The notes under the pieces: model-generated | The model's database searches: none | What the model saw: only the letters and a program-made list of their open reading frames with translations | Told to the model about the DNA's origin: nothing | Shown here: positions 23,272-36,172 of the stretch, piece after piece | Position numbering within the stretch: the stretch's first letter is position 1 | Layout of the letters: each line of letters starts with the position of its first letter | Origin: Azolla caroliniana | Taxonomy: Eukaryota > Plantae > Polypodiophyta | DNA length: 64,000 nt | Assembly: GCA_043228905.1 (NCBI GenBank) | Contig: JBHGNT010000009.1 | Location: 9,920,001 to 9,984,000, forward strand | Direction of reading: 5' to 3' | Program-made: the position numbers and the translations under genes

Positions 23272-23650
23272 TTCTGTGTCGGGGTCGGACTACGGTGGCG
23301 AGGATGGATGGTGATGAGAGCGGGGTTGAGAAAGAGAGAGTTCAGAAGGCGGGGGTTCTCTGTGCGCAGGTTCTCGTCTGATGATCTTGCAGTGTTTCGG
23401 TGCGTCTGTGCTCCTGGGTTCGCGAAAATAGAGGGTCTCTACGCGCAATGGTTTTTGTCTGTGCATTCTGGCGCCTTTTTCGAGTTTGTGCATGTCGCGT
23501 ACTTAAAATAGCATTATGTCCTGTGGTGGCGCTTTAAATGCCCACGACGTACCTTTTCGCTCCACGCTCTTTCATCCATTCATTCCTCGCTTTTGCATGA
23601 TTGTTTTTTTTTTTTTTTTTTTTATTTTTAAAGTTATTATTAGTGTGACG

Positions 23651-26600
23651 TCACATGTCCGTTGGTCCTCCCGGACCCTTACCGGCCTCATTCTCTCCGG
23701 TTCTCGGCTTGCCGTCTCTGCCATCTTGGTGGTTACCGTCGGTCCTTTGCTCAAACGGGTTCTTAGGCATCGGTCCTCTATATGCCTTTAACCGGAATCC
23801 GTTGACCCATTTGCCCAGCACTTCACCGGCAAGTGTCCCCAACTGGTAGGACCCATTATACTCACGTGTTAGCCAATATGGTCCGGTCCATCTAAACCTT
23901 AGTTTACCCGGCATCTTGCCCATCCGGGTTTGGAATACTAACACTGGTTTGCCGATTGCGAACATTTTTTCGTTACCTTTCCTGTGCCGGTCGACGAATG
24001 CTTTCCGTCGCCGTTGCTCCAATTCTAAATGTAGGATGCTGGCCAACCGTTGTTCCTCCAGCTCACACAGCGTTGTCAACCTTATTGTCTCCGACTCCTT
24101 CTCGTTCAGCCGTTCTCGTAGCTGGATCCGTAAGCTAGGTACTTGAAATTCTACCAGCATGACCGCCTCGAGTCCGAACGCCAATCGGAACGGTGTTGTT
24201 CGGATGCTCGTCTTGTATGCCGTCCGGTATGCCCAAAGCGCGCTATGTAGCTTTGTGTCCCAATCCGTCCGGTTCTCGTTGACGATCTTCCGAAGGATGT
24301 TCTAGAACGTCTTGTTTGTTGATTCTGCTAATCCGTTCGCCTATGGATAATAGGGTGTGCTTCGTTTGTGGACCACGGCATAGAAGGTCGTTAGGCTTTC
24401 CACTACTTGTCCGAGAAAGTGCCCCCCTTGGTCACTTATCAATTCAATGGGGCATCCGTAACGGCACCAGATGTACTCATATAGAAACTTTGCCGTTGAC
24501 GCAGTGGTGTTATCCCGTAAAGCTTTGGCCTCCACCCATTTCGTGCAGTAATCCGTAGCAACGATAACGTACTGATTACCCGTTCTCATTGCCGGTGGCT
24601 TGAACGGTCCTACAAAGTCCAGCCCCCACTTTTGGAATGGCTCGAGTGGTAGTACCGGCTGGTGTGGCATACGAGCCTGCTCCGTTGGCTGGCCCATTCT
24701 CTGGCATAGGTCACATTCTTTTGCGTACCGTACCGCATCTCTTAATGTCGTTGGCCACCATAGGCCACTTTGCCATATTTTTCTGGCCGTCGCATCTCCG
24801 GCATAGTGACCTCCGGCAACTCCGCAGTGGGCTTCCCTCAGTATCAGTTCCTTTTCATCACTGCGCACCGCCCGTCTCCATATGCCGTCAGCACCCTTGT
24901 GGTACAGTGTGTCTTGCAGTAAGCAGAAATCTCTCCTTTGTACCGCCAGGCGTTTCCATTCGTCCCGGTTCAGCTCTTCCGGAGGCAGTCCTGTGCTCAG
25001 AAACTGGTGCATATTTGTGAGCCACTTGTCTTCCTGGGCCACTGTCTCATCTGCTACCGTCTCCGTAGTGACTCGAAACAGTTCCGCATCCGGAAACTCA
25101 TCCGGTACTCCGTCACCCGTTTCTCCGGACTCCAATCGGCTTAAGTAATCCGCTACAGCATGCTGTATACCGGGTCGGTGGAATATTTCAAACTCGAACT
25201 CCTGTAACAATAAGGTCCACCGGGCCAATTTGCCGGTGAGTGACGTCTTGGACACCAGGTAAAGGAGTGCCGAATGATCTACATGGAAGGAAAACTTCCT
25301 TCCCAATAAATAGTGCCGAAACTTTGTCACATTGTAGATCATTCCTAGAGCTTCCCGTTCCATAGTAGAGTAGTTCCGTTCTGCTTGGGATAGCTTCCGG
25401 CTGGCATAGTACACTGGCCGGTACCACTTTGGTTCCGTAAGCTGCATCAGTACGCTTCCGATTGCGATGTCGGAGGCGTCCACGAACACGTGAAATTCTT
25501 TACTCCAATCTGGAGGTTGTACTACCGGTGCCTGCGACAATAGTACCTTGAGGGCCTTATACGCCCTATCCTCAGTATCGGTCCACTGGAATGGTGTCCG
25601 ATGTACGGCGGCATGCAACGGTGTAGCCAGGTCGGCCAAGTATCGGAGCATCCGGCTGTGCCACCGGATCTGGCCTAAGAACCGGCTTAATGCCTTTGCC
25701 TTTGCCGTTGCCGGCGCCGGTGCTTCTAATATGGCTTTCACTTTGTCCGGGTCGACTGCAATACATTCCTGGCTCACGATATGTCCTAATAAAGTTCCAC
25801 TGGACACGCCAAATACACACTTTGCCGGATTCAAGCTTAGCCGGTACGCTCTACACTTTTCTAGACAAAGACGGAGGTGCTGAAAATGGTCCTCCTCCCG
25901 GCTATAGACGGCGAAATCGTCAAGGAAAACCTACATAAAAGCCGGTATATATTCACCAAAGATCTCCATGATGATTCGTTGAAACGTTGCCGGTGCCGTT
26001 TTGAGTCCGAACATCATCACCACGGCCACAAACACCCCCCATTCGGTGACGAATGCCGTTTTCTCTTGGTCATCGGGGTGCATCCGGATCTGATTATACC
26101 CGCTGAATCCGTCTAGGAAGCTATAGACCTCGTAGCCGGCGACGGCATCCAACACTCCATCTGTGAACGGAAGTGGAAACACATCCATTACCGTAGCCGC
26201 ATTGAGTTTCCGGTAGTCCACGCAAACTCGAATTTTTCCGTTCTTCTTCGGTACGACTACGATCGGGCTTAGCCATGTCGCTTTCTTTACCGGACGGATA
26301 AAGCCAACTCTTAGCAGTTTGTCGATTTCTTCCTTGACCTTGGCAGCATAGTTGGGATTCATCCGGTACCGTCTTTGTGCCACTGGTTTTGCGTCCTTGC
26401 TCAAGTGTACTTGATGCTGGTATAACTGAGGGTCGAGTCCTCGCATATCTTCGTATGACCAGGCGAACACATCCCGGAATTCCGTGAGAAGTGTTATCAT
26501 CGTCGTTTTGTCTTCGGACTTCATCTCCTTGGCGATGTGCACCGGTTTTGCTTCGTCCGTGGTGCCTAAATTCACCTCTTCCAGTTGCGATGCTTTTACG

Positions 26601-27240
26601 CGCTGTGAAACGGCCATTTCCCGTTCCAACGCTTCCTGCGCTTGCCGTAACTCCCGGATTGCGTCTTTATCCGGTTCTGCTTCCGCCTCTTCCGGTTGCG
26701 GTAAGTACGGTGCTACAGCTTCGGCAATGTCTATTTCAAAGAGGGGTATGATCTTCGGGTTTTCCTGCAGGTATTGAGCTTCTTCTTCGTCCGCTAACCC
26801 TTCGAGCATGTTGACGCATTCCGCATACAACGGTGTACATTCCTTGCCAGTGCTCGTCCTTGGTTGTGTTGGTACCCGTACCTTGTTGGTCCCTCCTCCG
26901 GATTCGAGAAGAGTACCGGTGCCGGTGATGGTTCTCCTGCCGTCATGGCCGTCTTCAGTCCTTCCGTGAATCTTGGCACGAGTTGTAGGAGTCTTCCTAG
27001 TAGTAACGTAATCTGGCATTCTTGCAACGCCTGCCATGTCTCGTTCTCGGAGTGACTACCGCCGGCAAGCCCTGCGGTGTTCTCCTTTTGCTGTTGTAAG
27101 TCTGTGACATTCTGCTCGTTTGCTTTCTTTACCCATTCCGTTGCTTGTTTCCGGATGGTCTCCTGTGTCTCCCATTCTTTGGCCATGCCCTTCGACCTTG
27201 TGGTCACCTGCTGCAGGTCTGCCACCTCAGGGACTACCAT
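23651..27240 (-). pseudogene. Element D pol (RT-RH-IN), with stops; protease apparently deleted near 26880
   Basis: WLSPIVVVPKKNGKIRVCVDYRKLN, DGFSGYNQI, *VFLDD, VDASD, ADYLSR, GHY...CDLC, WGLDFVGP, GPY. Confidence 0.9.
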
Positions 27241-27393
27241 ATTTACCGATGGTCATTTTTCATAGCTCTTCACCGGGCATTGGTTACTATAATGGCCTTC
27301 CTGTCTTCAGTAGTAGCAGTAGGCTTTCCGGGCATTGCTAGATTCGGCATTGTCTGTTGTGCCCGGGGCAGGTCCTACGGTACGCGCAGGGTT

Positions 27394-29061
27394 TTATACC
27401 GGTTGGCTACTTGGAGCTCCTTGTTCCGGATCCCGGGGGTAGCCGCCTTTTTTAAAATGCCGTTTTTTGTTATATCTTTTCTTATTACGGTACTCTTGAC
27501 GGGGTTGCCCGTTATATCTGCCGTATTCCTCCCGTTGCTGACGATACCCGGGGGAGTGCTCCCGGTCGTACTGTTCGTATCGTCTATTGTAATCCTGGTA
27601 CCGATCATGCCGGTCATAGTTCTCTCGCTGATCACCGTACCGGACATCATTTTCCCGTCGCTCGCCGTACCAGACATTATTTTCCCATCGCTCGCCATAC
27701 CGGACATCCTGTGCCGGTCGGTCACGGTCCATTCGCCGCCAGCGTTCGTCTTCTTCATCCCGGCTGCTACGTGGCTCAATTTGTCGGACGGGCGGTGCTT
27801 CCCGAGTCAACAGATTATACTCGCACCTATCCGTCGTATGGCTCTTGGATTGACAGATTACACATTGCGTCCTCATAGTGCATTCTAGAGCCGAGTGTCC
27901 GGAATTCAAGCAGGTTGTGCACTGTATTGCTTGCCGAAACCGGAGGTCTTCATCGGACGGTAACGCCCGTTGAAGTGCGCCCAGTGTGAGCCAAGAGCTT
28001 GTCTTTTCCATCTCTTTCACCCGGTCAATGACCTGGTCGATGGTACTTGTGCGGAAATCGATTACCGTGCAAACCGTGCGTAGGGGTTCCCGGAGCGCGT
28101 TTAGGAATATCGTCCGTAATTCCTCCTCCGGGGGTGCACGGGTAAGCTAACTATGCATCCGTTGAAACCGGATGACAAATTGGGGAATGCTCTCCCCTGC
28201 CTCTTGCCGGATGGTATAAAATAAGCCTACCATTACGGTCTGGTCCACCTCCTTTTGAAAAAACTGCATGAATTTAGCTTTTAAATCTGCAAAGGTGTTG
28301 ATGGTAGACGGGTCCTGCGTCCGGCGCCATCTTGCTGCTGGTCCCTCCAATGTGACGCCAAATTCCGCTATCTTAGAGCGTTCTTCTTCTTCTGGGGTCA
28401 ATCGCTGGGACACATGGTTGGCTTCCCATGTCTGTTCAAAGGCGTGCACATGAGCTTCCGCGTCCGGATCATCTCTATACATGGAGTACTGGAACGGCAT
28501 GTCGTCGTCCGGTATCAGTGCGCGGGCTAGTAGTGTTGGTGCTCGTTCCGGAATTTTCTCCGGTGTCGGTTGTTTCTCTTCCTTTGGTGACGGAGGCCTC
28601 TCCTCCTCGACTTCCGGTGTCGGAGGTCGTTCTTCTTCTGTTGGTTCCGGGGGTTCCAGTGTTAGCACTTCCGGTTCCGGTTCCGGTGTCGATAAGGTAT
28701 CCGATCCTTCGTCCTCTGGTTCGCCCGGGGCTTCGTTGCTGCTACGGTAGTTCGTGTGCATGCTGTATTCCCCTTCGGAGTCTGATTCATATGCTGAAAA
28801 GGCCTCTGCTTCGCCTTCTCCGTTTGCCAACGCGTGGAGAAGGGATTCGGTTTCCCGGAGGCTGCTTAAGCTGCTGCCGTCGTCCGGGTGCGATGTTTGT
28901 TGTAACCAGAGGGAGTCCTCCGCTACTCTCCGGATTACGTTGGAAAACGAGCGATCCGCTCTAATTTCCTGCGCCGCTTGCTAGAAAGCCTCGCGTCTCC
29001 TTTGCCTTTCGGCAAGGCGTCGAGTTCGATCTGTAACCAGGTCGTGCGTTGATCTAGACAT
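27394..29061 (-). pseudogene. Element D gag with in-frame stops
   Basis: ATG at 29061 in frame with ORFs 28147-28830 and 27394-28020; two zinc knuckles CTTCLNSGHSALEC and CVICQSKSHTTDRC. Confidence 0.85.
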
Positions 29062-30524
29062 CCATCCGTGCCGTCGTTCACTGCAAAAACAGTAATCATG
29101 GTCACCAAAACACTGTGTTAACTCTTGGGGTCGGACAATGGCCTAACACAGGGTGTCTACGGGAGACACTTCACCAAAGGGTGCTATGGCAACCGGATTA
29201 GACTTCAACGCTTAATCCGACTTAATCAAGTTACTTATTAGGATCGTCTTCATAACACGCGTAAGATATAACAATTAAGACAGAACGGCAATTAACACAG
29301 AGATATAACAACGCTTAAGCTTTCATTAATTAACCGCTAACTATTACATTGTATACGGGCCTTTAAATAGGTTTCCGGTCTGTATTACAAAACGGTGCCA
29401 TCCGCACCTGTTCGGGATCGGTCCGGATCCGGAACGGCATACCGATTCCGGTCCGTCCGTCCACACTCATAGCTTAATTACAACCACATTCCTACTACTT
29501 AATTAGCTCTCCGTTTCCCACTCTGGACTCCTTTGCCGGCCGGTAACAATATGAATTTTCGGCTATTTACAAATATAGCCCCGATGGACTCTCAGAAACA
29601 TATTTACAAATATGTCCCTTCATCCGGTGAGCACTCTTCACCGGGCCTACATCATCCGGCGCTTGCCAGGTACTCGTCATCCGGTTCTCACCGGGTCTTC
29701 ATCATCCGGTTCTCACCGAGTCATCCGTGGACGGGTACTCCTCATCCGGAGGGACCTGTTTCCTAACAAACTCCCCCTTCACTCCGACATGGGGTGTCTT
29801 ACTAGTCCGACCCGCTTCCGACATGCATCCAGCTTGTCAGGTATCAGTACTTTGGTCAGCATTTCTGACCCGTTCTTGGCCGTGTGGATCTTCGTCAACG
29901 CGAACTCCTGGTCATCTGGATATGCTTCGTCCGGGAATGGTAGGCCGCATTCTTCGCAAGGTGGATGGCACTTTGACTGTCGCAATAGAGCCGGTATTCA
30001 TCTTGCCAGATACCGAGCTCTTCGATGAAGTCCTTCATCCATAATATTTCCTTGCCAGCTTCCACAGCCGCCATGTACTCCGCCTCCGTGGTTGACAGCG
30101 CAACCGTCTTCTGCAGCCTCGACTGCCACGAAACAGCTCCTCCTGCATATGTCATTACATACCCGGATGTAGACCGGCTGGTATCCACATCAGCCGACAT
30201 GTCTGAATCGGTAAAACCGTCAAGTTGAGGTTTACCGGAGCCGAATCGGAGACACATGTTCGAAGTGCCCTTCAAGTACCAGAGTATCCATTTGACCGCG
30301 TTCTAGTGCTCCTTGCCTGGATTGCTCATAAACCGGCTTACCACTCCGACTGCGTATCCTATATCCGGTCGGGTACACACCATTGCGTACATTAAGCTCC
30401 CGACGGCAGAGGCATATGGAACCTTCATCATATCAGCCTTCTCTGCTTTCGTCTTTGGGCTTTGCTTATCGGATAACCTACAGTTTGCCGGAAGTGTCAA
30501 TCCGACCGGTTTCGCTCCTAACAT

Positions 30525-32200
30525 TCTGTTAGCATGCCGATGGAGATCAAACTCCTCTTCAACCCGGGTACATGCCGGATGTGATACAAGACGATTATAT
30601 TGTCATTCGGCAATTAAATTGGAACTTCTCCGATCCCTGCAATCTTGTATTCCTACCCATTGTCGAGTCACATTGTCACGCCGGCTCCGGCCGAATAGTC
30701 TGAAAACCATTCGATGTTGGGGTTCACAGGGAACGTGGCACTGGAGTACAATAACCACATCTGTACATCTTGTGTGTTGTATAGGATCTCTCCAGTCAAC
30801 GAGTCTTCCAAGGAGAGGACTTCTCCAGATCGGGATTCGACAACATTGATTTGGTTGCTTATTGGAGAATTATTCGATTCGAATTGTCGTTAATTCCGCT
30901 CGAATCACCGTTCATTCTCCTTTTTCTTGATCAATGAGCAGTCGGCAACATTGTGACCGGCCTTTCTACAATGTGTGCAGAAGATGTTTGGCTTCCCGTT
31001 TCATGACTTCGACCTTTGGCGATCATTTCTCCTCCTCAGCCAGCTTGGGCTTCGGTCGGTATTGAGCCATTTCTGCTAAGAAGTGAGCTTCAACATTGTC
31101 ATCGATGGTTAGACCCTTCAACATTGTCATCGATGGTTAGACCCATCAACTTTCTTCAGAGATCTTATGATAGGATCTGTTTGATTACTTCGTCTAGTGT
31201 CAGCTTCATTTAGCTATTCGTGATAATTGTGCAAAAGACTTCCCAACTTGCCAGTAGGCTCGAGAGAAGCGCATGGGCATTTATTTCTTCTTCGAAATTT
31301 AACCCTGGGGATGAGTGTTCGGCTAACACCTAGCTGAAGGTGTTGGTGTGGGAGGTTGTCGGCATTGACTCCATCTTCATGTTGAATAATTGTTGGATCA
31401 ATATGAGTCTTGATGAAGAGGATTTTTTCTCATAGATGACCTGGAGCTTCTCCCATAGGGCAAATGCCGACATCTCTTTGGCCATGTTGAAGTAGACATT
31501 TTCAACCATGTCCATCCGAATGGTCGATTTGGCAATCTCGTCCAAGGAGCGCCATTCATCTGTTGTCATTGAGGTCGGCTTGTTGTTGTGCCGTATTGCC
31601 TCAATTTGACGCCGGACGATCAATACATCCTGCATCATCTCCTTCCACAAGGCAACATTCTTGCCGTCAAATTTCCGGATTTCTACACTGGAGTCGGATG
31701 TAGATGCCATTATTCTTGTGGAGGTGATTGCCTGGGTTGGTCGTTTCCTTCAATCGATTTCTCCTTTTCCTCGTGTTGTTATTGTTGCTGCTACGGAACT
31801 CAACCTTCCTCTGATACCAATTTAATGGAATTGTATGTGTATTCATCAATCGATAGATTTAAAGAGAGAGAGTCAACTGATGCAGAAGCATGTATCAATC
31901 TAACTATGGAGTTGACAACCAAGCACAAAATGGAGATGAAGACTGTTATGTAGAAAGAAAGAAAGAAAGATATATTGACTGTCTTTTAAGAGGCCAAAAT
32001 GGCCTATAAGACCAAATAAGAGAAAGAGAGAGAAATGGTTGCTCAAGAGATTCAACTTTTTCATTAACCCACCAAAACCCCCCATTTACAATAGTTCAAT
32101 TACCGGCTTTTATAGTCTAGCCCCTTATTCCTTTCTTTTGTCTATAATTCCTTATGTTTTGCTTAAGTAATTAGTTTGAAGAGCCCATCCTTTGTCCTAA
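30525..32200 (-). mobile_element. 5' remnant of a different Copia (LTR, PBS, gag, PR); right boundary approximate
   Basis: PBS (CTCTGATACCA at 31809-31819); gag IRKFDGKNVALWKEMM; adjoining LTR is unlike family A. Confidence 0.7.
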
Positions 32201-33065
32201 ATCTATCATCAACTCTATTGCATCGATATTTCAAATGAGATTTATTTCCAAATACTTTTTTTTACCGTTCTATTAATCCATCAAAAACCCAAAGACTCCA
32301 CAATAATACACTACAATGAAGAGGTTATGTGCATGAGATGAAAAGTGAAATACATGTGTATAAAATTTTATGGTGGGCTCAAAACATCACTATAAAAGAA
32401 TGAAATACTACGACACGATACCTTTGAGCATAGGAATAAATGTCGAAATTGACAAGCATTGTCTTTTATTTTGGCTACACCTATCGTGACAAGAACCAAA
32501 CCTTCGTTACAAAAGAAGCCATCAACCGAAAAAATGTTTGAACAAAGCAAAAAGACTCAAACATCTATAAACAAACATGCCATCGACTTTTATAGGATGT
32601 TGCTCACATTATCCCCGACCAAATCACATTTTTCTCTCGCCCTTCTGGGTGCACTCTTGATCGTTATATTAATTTAATAGTGAGACTTCAAAATAGTGCA
32701 GCGCGGGTCACATACAAATTGCGTACAACATAACGCGAAGCTTTGCGATTTTGGTCTGGGTCATAATAAACATCGGAGGACGATAAATAAGATCGATCTT
32801 AGACGTGCAGAGACTCACGTGATGGGGCACGTAAGACGAAGACGAGTATTATTATGCATGTAGTGTATATCCAATATTTTAGTTCTTCATGTATGATAAT
32901 GTATGTATGGCTATGCGTGTAGAGAGAGAGAGAGAGAGAGAGAGAGGAATGAAATTGGGTGCGTAGAACTTGTTTTTACAATGGGAAGGGTTGGATAGAT
33001 AGAGAAGATGAAAGGACGTCACGTGACCGCCGCGCCCCCCCTTTGTACTGGCTGTGTGTTGTGTG

Positions 33066-35087
33066 TCATACCTGTCCTGCCTGCCACGATGAACTCTTCA
33101 CGTGACTTGCGAACTGATGAAGGGGCGGGAGGCGAGAAGAGGGCGTGAGCAGCAGGCTTGCAGCAGCCCCATGCTTCTGCCCGCTGCCGGCCGCCAAGAC
33201 GACGACGTTCGGGGAGGAGGACGAGAGAGCCTTCTTCAACCATGATCCACCCAGTGGAGGTGTTGGCAGTGGCGGCAAAGGCACCACCAAGTGATCCACT
33301 GGATTAGGATGAAGATCAGTCCTAGGCCTAGGGTTAGGGTTAAGGTTAGGGTTAGGGTTAGGGTTAGGGTTAAAGTTTGGGTTAGGGTTAGGGTTAGCGT
33401 TTAGCACACCGACTCTAGCCGTAGACCTGGGAGGGTACCCTGATATGCCAAGGGGCCAGCCCACACCTTCAACCATGCTGCTCTTCCCCATCATCGCCTT
33501 CCTCTGACACCTCCCAGGGTACACATGGGGCGGCACGCTACCGCTTGCTCCCTTCATAGCCTCTGCCGACGTGACCCCATCGCAACCCTTCCTCGGATAG
33601 CCTGGCGTGGCCGTATCCACCCATAGCCTCTTCCCTAATCTCTGGCTCAGGTTCGATGCTCGCTTGCTGGAGAGCGTTACCATCTGAGCAGGGTCACATA
33701 TGCCGGTGGTGGTGGCGGCGGCGCTCCTGTCTCGAGACGGGGGGCCGGTGGCGGAATCACGAGCCGCCGCCATGACTGTGGCGGAATCATGAGCAGCAGC
33801 CTTTACGGCTGCTGCCACATTGTTATCACCATTACAAGCTATGGAGCTCCGCCCGGCGGCTATACACAAGGAGCTAGCACATGGCTGGGGCAGCGATGGC
33901 GATGGCGATGGCGATGGCATTGGCCTCGCTACTCCTACTACAGTGCATCTCCTCCTAGATTTCGTAAATATCTGCGTCATGGCTTCTCTCAGCAGGTGAA
34001 GCGACGATACTCGGCTTGTGCAAGAATCAAGCATCACACTCACTGACGCCGAAGCATTATAACTCCCCACGTTTTGGCTGTGGCTGCTTCTTCTATCTCT
34101 CACTCCCCCTTCCTTTGAGCATAGCCGCCTATGCTGCCACCGTGCCTTGCAGGAGCCGACGTTAGTGCTAACGATCATGCCTGGAGCACACTTTGTACTG
34201 TAAGCTCTCATTAATTTCGCAGCCGCTGATCTGTTCTTGGCTGTACTCTTGGGATGGTTACAGCTTATATACTCAGCAGCCCCGCTAGAGAGGCATTGGA
34301 AAGACACTAGGTCAGTAGTCATGGTGGAAATAGGGTCAGACTTCGGAATCGATATGTCATCTTTGGGGATCACTGGTGCATCAAGGTCTCCTCCGCAGCT
34401 GCGTCTAGCAGCAGAATATGGCAGAGATTGTGGCATAAATCGTGGCTGTGTAGCTGCTGAGAGTCCGCTACCGCCACGGATTGTAGTAGTGTCGTGCCTA
34501 AATTTGTTGTCTTCGTCTTCATCGAGTTTAGGAGCATCTTTAGTTAGGGATTCTACCACACAGAACTTATCTTTAAACAATGCTGCGGAGTTGGATAATT
34601 CGGCAGGAGGTCCAGCCAGGGGTGAATCGGCATGATGAATGGCCGACAAATTGTGGTGAATGGGTGGAATGTTGTCACAAATGGGAGGCATAAGATTATA
34701 GTTCATATTATTGATTAGTTTGGGGCGGCCGGGGCTATGTTCCCACTCGAAAGGGATAGCCCCAGGTAACCTTATAGGCATTCTGCTCAGCTCTGAGCTG
34801 AGCTTCCAGCAAGACATGTTATTCTCTAACTGAGGCAGCAGCATCCGTGGGGAGACCTCATCCTTACAGATGCCTGTATCGGTGGCACCCACATCGGAGA
34901 CTGATTCAGATAGCTTCAGCCTCCTAACCGATAGTAGGGGTGCATTATAATCAAGCTGTTTAAATTCATGATCTGAGATGGAACAAGAAGAAGAAGAAGA
35001 ATTGGGAGCCAATTCTCCTCCACTATGATCTATATGCTGAGACATTTGCTCAGCTCTAATGGACGCTGAAGCCATGGCTACCGACAT
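33066..35087 (-). CDS. Host gene, DUF688-like plant protein (~673 aa)
   Basis: Uninterrupted ORF with LDYNAPLLSVRR, PGAIPFEWEHSPGRPK and C-terminal PLPPLPTPP...SWLKKAL motifs typical of DUF688 proteins; flanked by (GA)/(CT) microsatellites. An upstream exon cannot be excluded. Confidence 0.82.
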   Translation of the reverse strand: MSVAMASASIRAEQMSQHIDHSGGELAPNSSSSSCSISDHEFKQLDYNAPLLSVRRLKLSESVSDVGATDTGICKDEVSPRMLLPQLENNMSCWKLSSELSRMPIRLPGAIPFEWEHSPGRPKLINNMNYNLMPPICDNIPPIHHNLSAIHHADSPLAGPPAELSNSAALFKDKFCVVESLTKDAPKLDEDEDNKFRHDTTTIRGGSGLSAATQPRFMPQSLPYSAARRSCGGDLDAPVIPKDDISIPKSDPISTMTTDLVSFQCLSSGAAEYISCNHPKSTAKNRSAAAKLMRAYSTKCAPGMIVSTNVGSCKARWQHRRLCSKEGGVRDRRSSHSQNVGSYNASASVSVMLDSCTSRVSSLHLLREAMTQIFTKSRRRCTVVGVARPMPSPSPSPSLPQPCASSLCIAAGRSSIACNGDNNVAAAVKAAAHDSATVMAAARDSATGPPSRDRSAAATTTGICDPAQMVTLSSKRASNLSQRLGKRLWVDTATPGYPRKGCDGVTSAEAMKGASGSVPPHVYPGRCQRKAMMGKSSMVEGVGWPLGISGYPPRSTARVGVLNANPNPNPNFNPNPNPNPNLNPNPRPRTDLHPNPVDHLVVPLPPLPTPPLGGSWLKKALSSSSPNVVVLAAGSGQKHGAAASLLLTPSSRLPPLHQFASHVKSSSWQAGQV
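33322..33404 (+). repeat. (TTAGGG)n-like tract inside the host CDS
   Basis: About 12 degenerate hexamers; minus strand encodes NPNPNPNFNPNPNP. Confidence 0.85.
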
Positions 35088-35169
35088 CACCAAAATCTGT
35101 TCTTAATCACCTGCGCTAATTTGTCTCTGAGTTATCATCATATTGTCTTCTATCCTCTTCTTCCTGTCG

Positions 35170-35208
<39 letters not shown>

Positions 35209-36172
35209 CGGTCCCAAGCAAACAAGAGATGCTACCCTCGAACACAAGGATTCGTTTTTTGCGTCTTTCACACCATTGGTCCGTCCGTTTCACACCTGTC
35301 CACCTATCCCAGGACAATTCATCCTTAGATTGGTTTCACACCACTACCCGCCCACTCCAAGACATACACGGTACCGTCCTTTCACACACCCCTGTCCGCC
35401 CACCGCAAAGATTTTACCTTTTAACCCAAGGGTATACTCTAGTTATTGGTGATATTTCTGTTGTACTTCCTCATATTATGTATCTCCTCAACGCTCTCGT
35501 GCGTTCCTGCCTTCCCTACTAGACAAACGATAATTTTTTTATCTTTCCTCAGTAGTATGACAGTAATTTTTTTTATACAGTTTACCATTCCGCCTTCATA
35601 CATGACGTCTTTTTCATACCTTCATTTTTTCCTTCTCGACTCCTCGTTGCTCACCTCCACTCAACCACACATATGAATGGTTGTTTCCTCTCTCTTTCGA
35701 CCCTTTCATACTCATGAGATCGGAACTTAGTCTTATTCATTTAATCTTCAATCCTTTAGCTTTTTGCAAGCATCAATGATACTAAATGTTAGTCATTGTT
35801 GTCGTAAGGATAACTAGGTTTTACATTTGATTAAACACAAGAAAAAAGCAAAGAGCTGCAAAATCCTCAAGAAATAATTCTCATTGAGCATTAAAAGTCA
35901 ACTTGTAAAACAATATTGTTTTTGTTGTCCTGTAAAAAGTATTAAAAGTTCAAGTTATTTTGATGTCGGTGCCTAAATAGTAAGGTGAGGGGAATATAAA
36001 TCGGGTCTACTAAAAGTCTAAATATACAAAGGTTTCGTTTTTCGAATAATAGGGAAATTAGTTTCAAAGCATAGATTCACCGAACAATTAGTTTAAAGTT
36101 TCAAGGAAGTCTTTAAAGATATTTTCATGCTAGTGTAGAGCAAACAAACAATTTTACTAGTTGTTCACCAAG

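Larger units (their letters stand above)
12748..29548 (-). mobile_element. Ty3/Gypsy element D (non-chromoviral, Athila/Tat-like organisation) with an extra 3' ORF
   Basis: Direct repeats 12748-13168 and 29128-29548 (about 5 differences by eye), starting TGTTACCGG on the minus strand. Domain order gag-RT-RH-IN; no chromodomain seen. Confidence 0.9.
12480..30524 (-). mobile_element. Copia family A element: 3'LTR split (12480-12747 and 29549-29768) by Gypsy D; RT/RH remnant 29769-30524
   Basis: LTR pieces match 5092-5764; PPT at 29771-29780; RH peptide nearly identical to that encoded in 4300-5081. Confidence 0.85.

Noticed and set aside
29095-29127. Assignment of element D's PBS to a specific tRNA
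   Set aside because: TGGTGACCATG is PBS-like, but I cannot match it confidently without the tRNA set.
31088-31144. 28-bp perfect tandem duplication
   Set aside because: Ordinary slippage in a dead gag.
33322-33404. True telomere or chromosome fusion site
   Set aside because: Short, degenerate, single orientation and inside an intact ORF.
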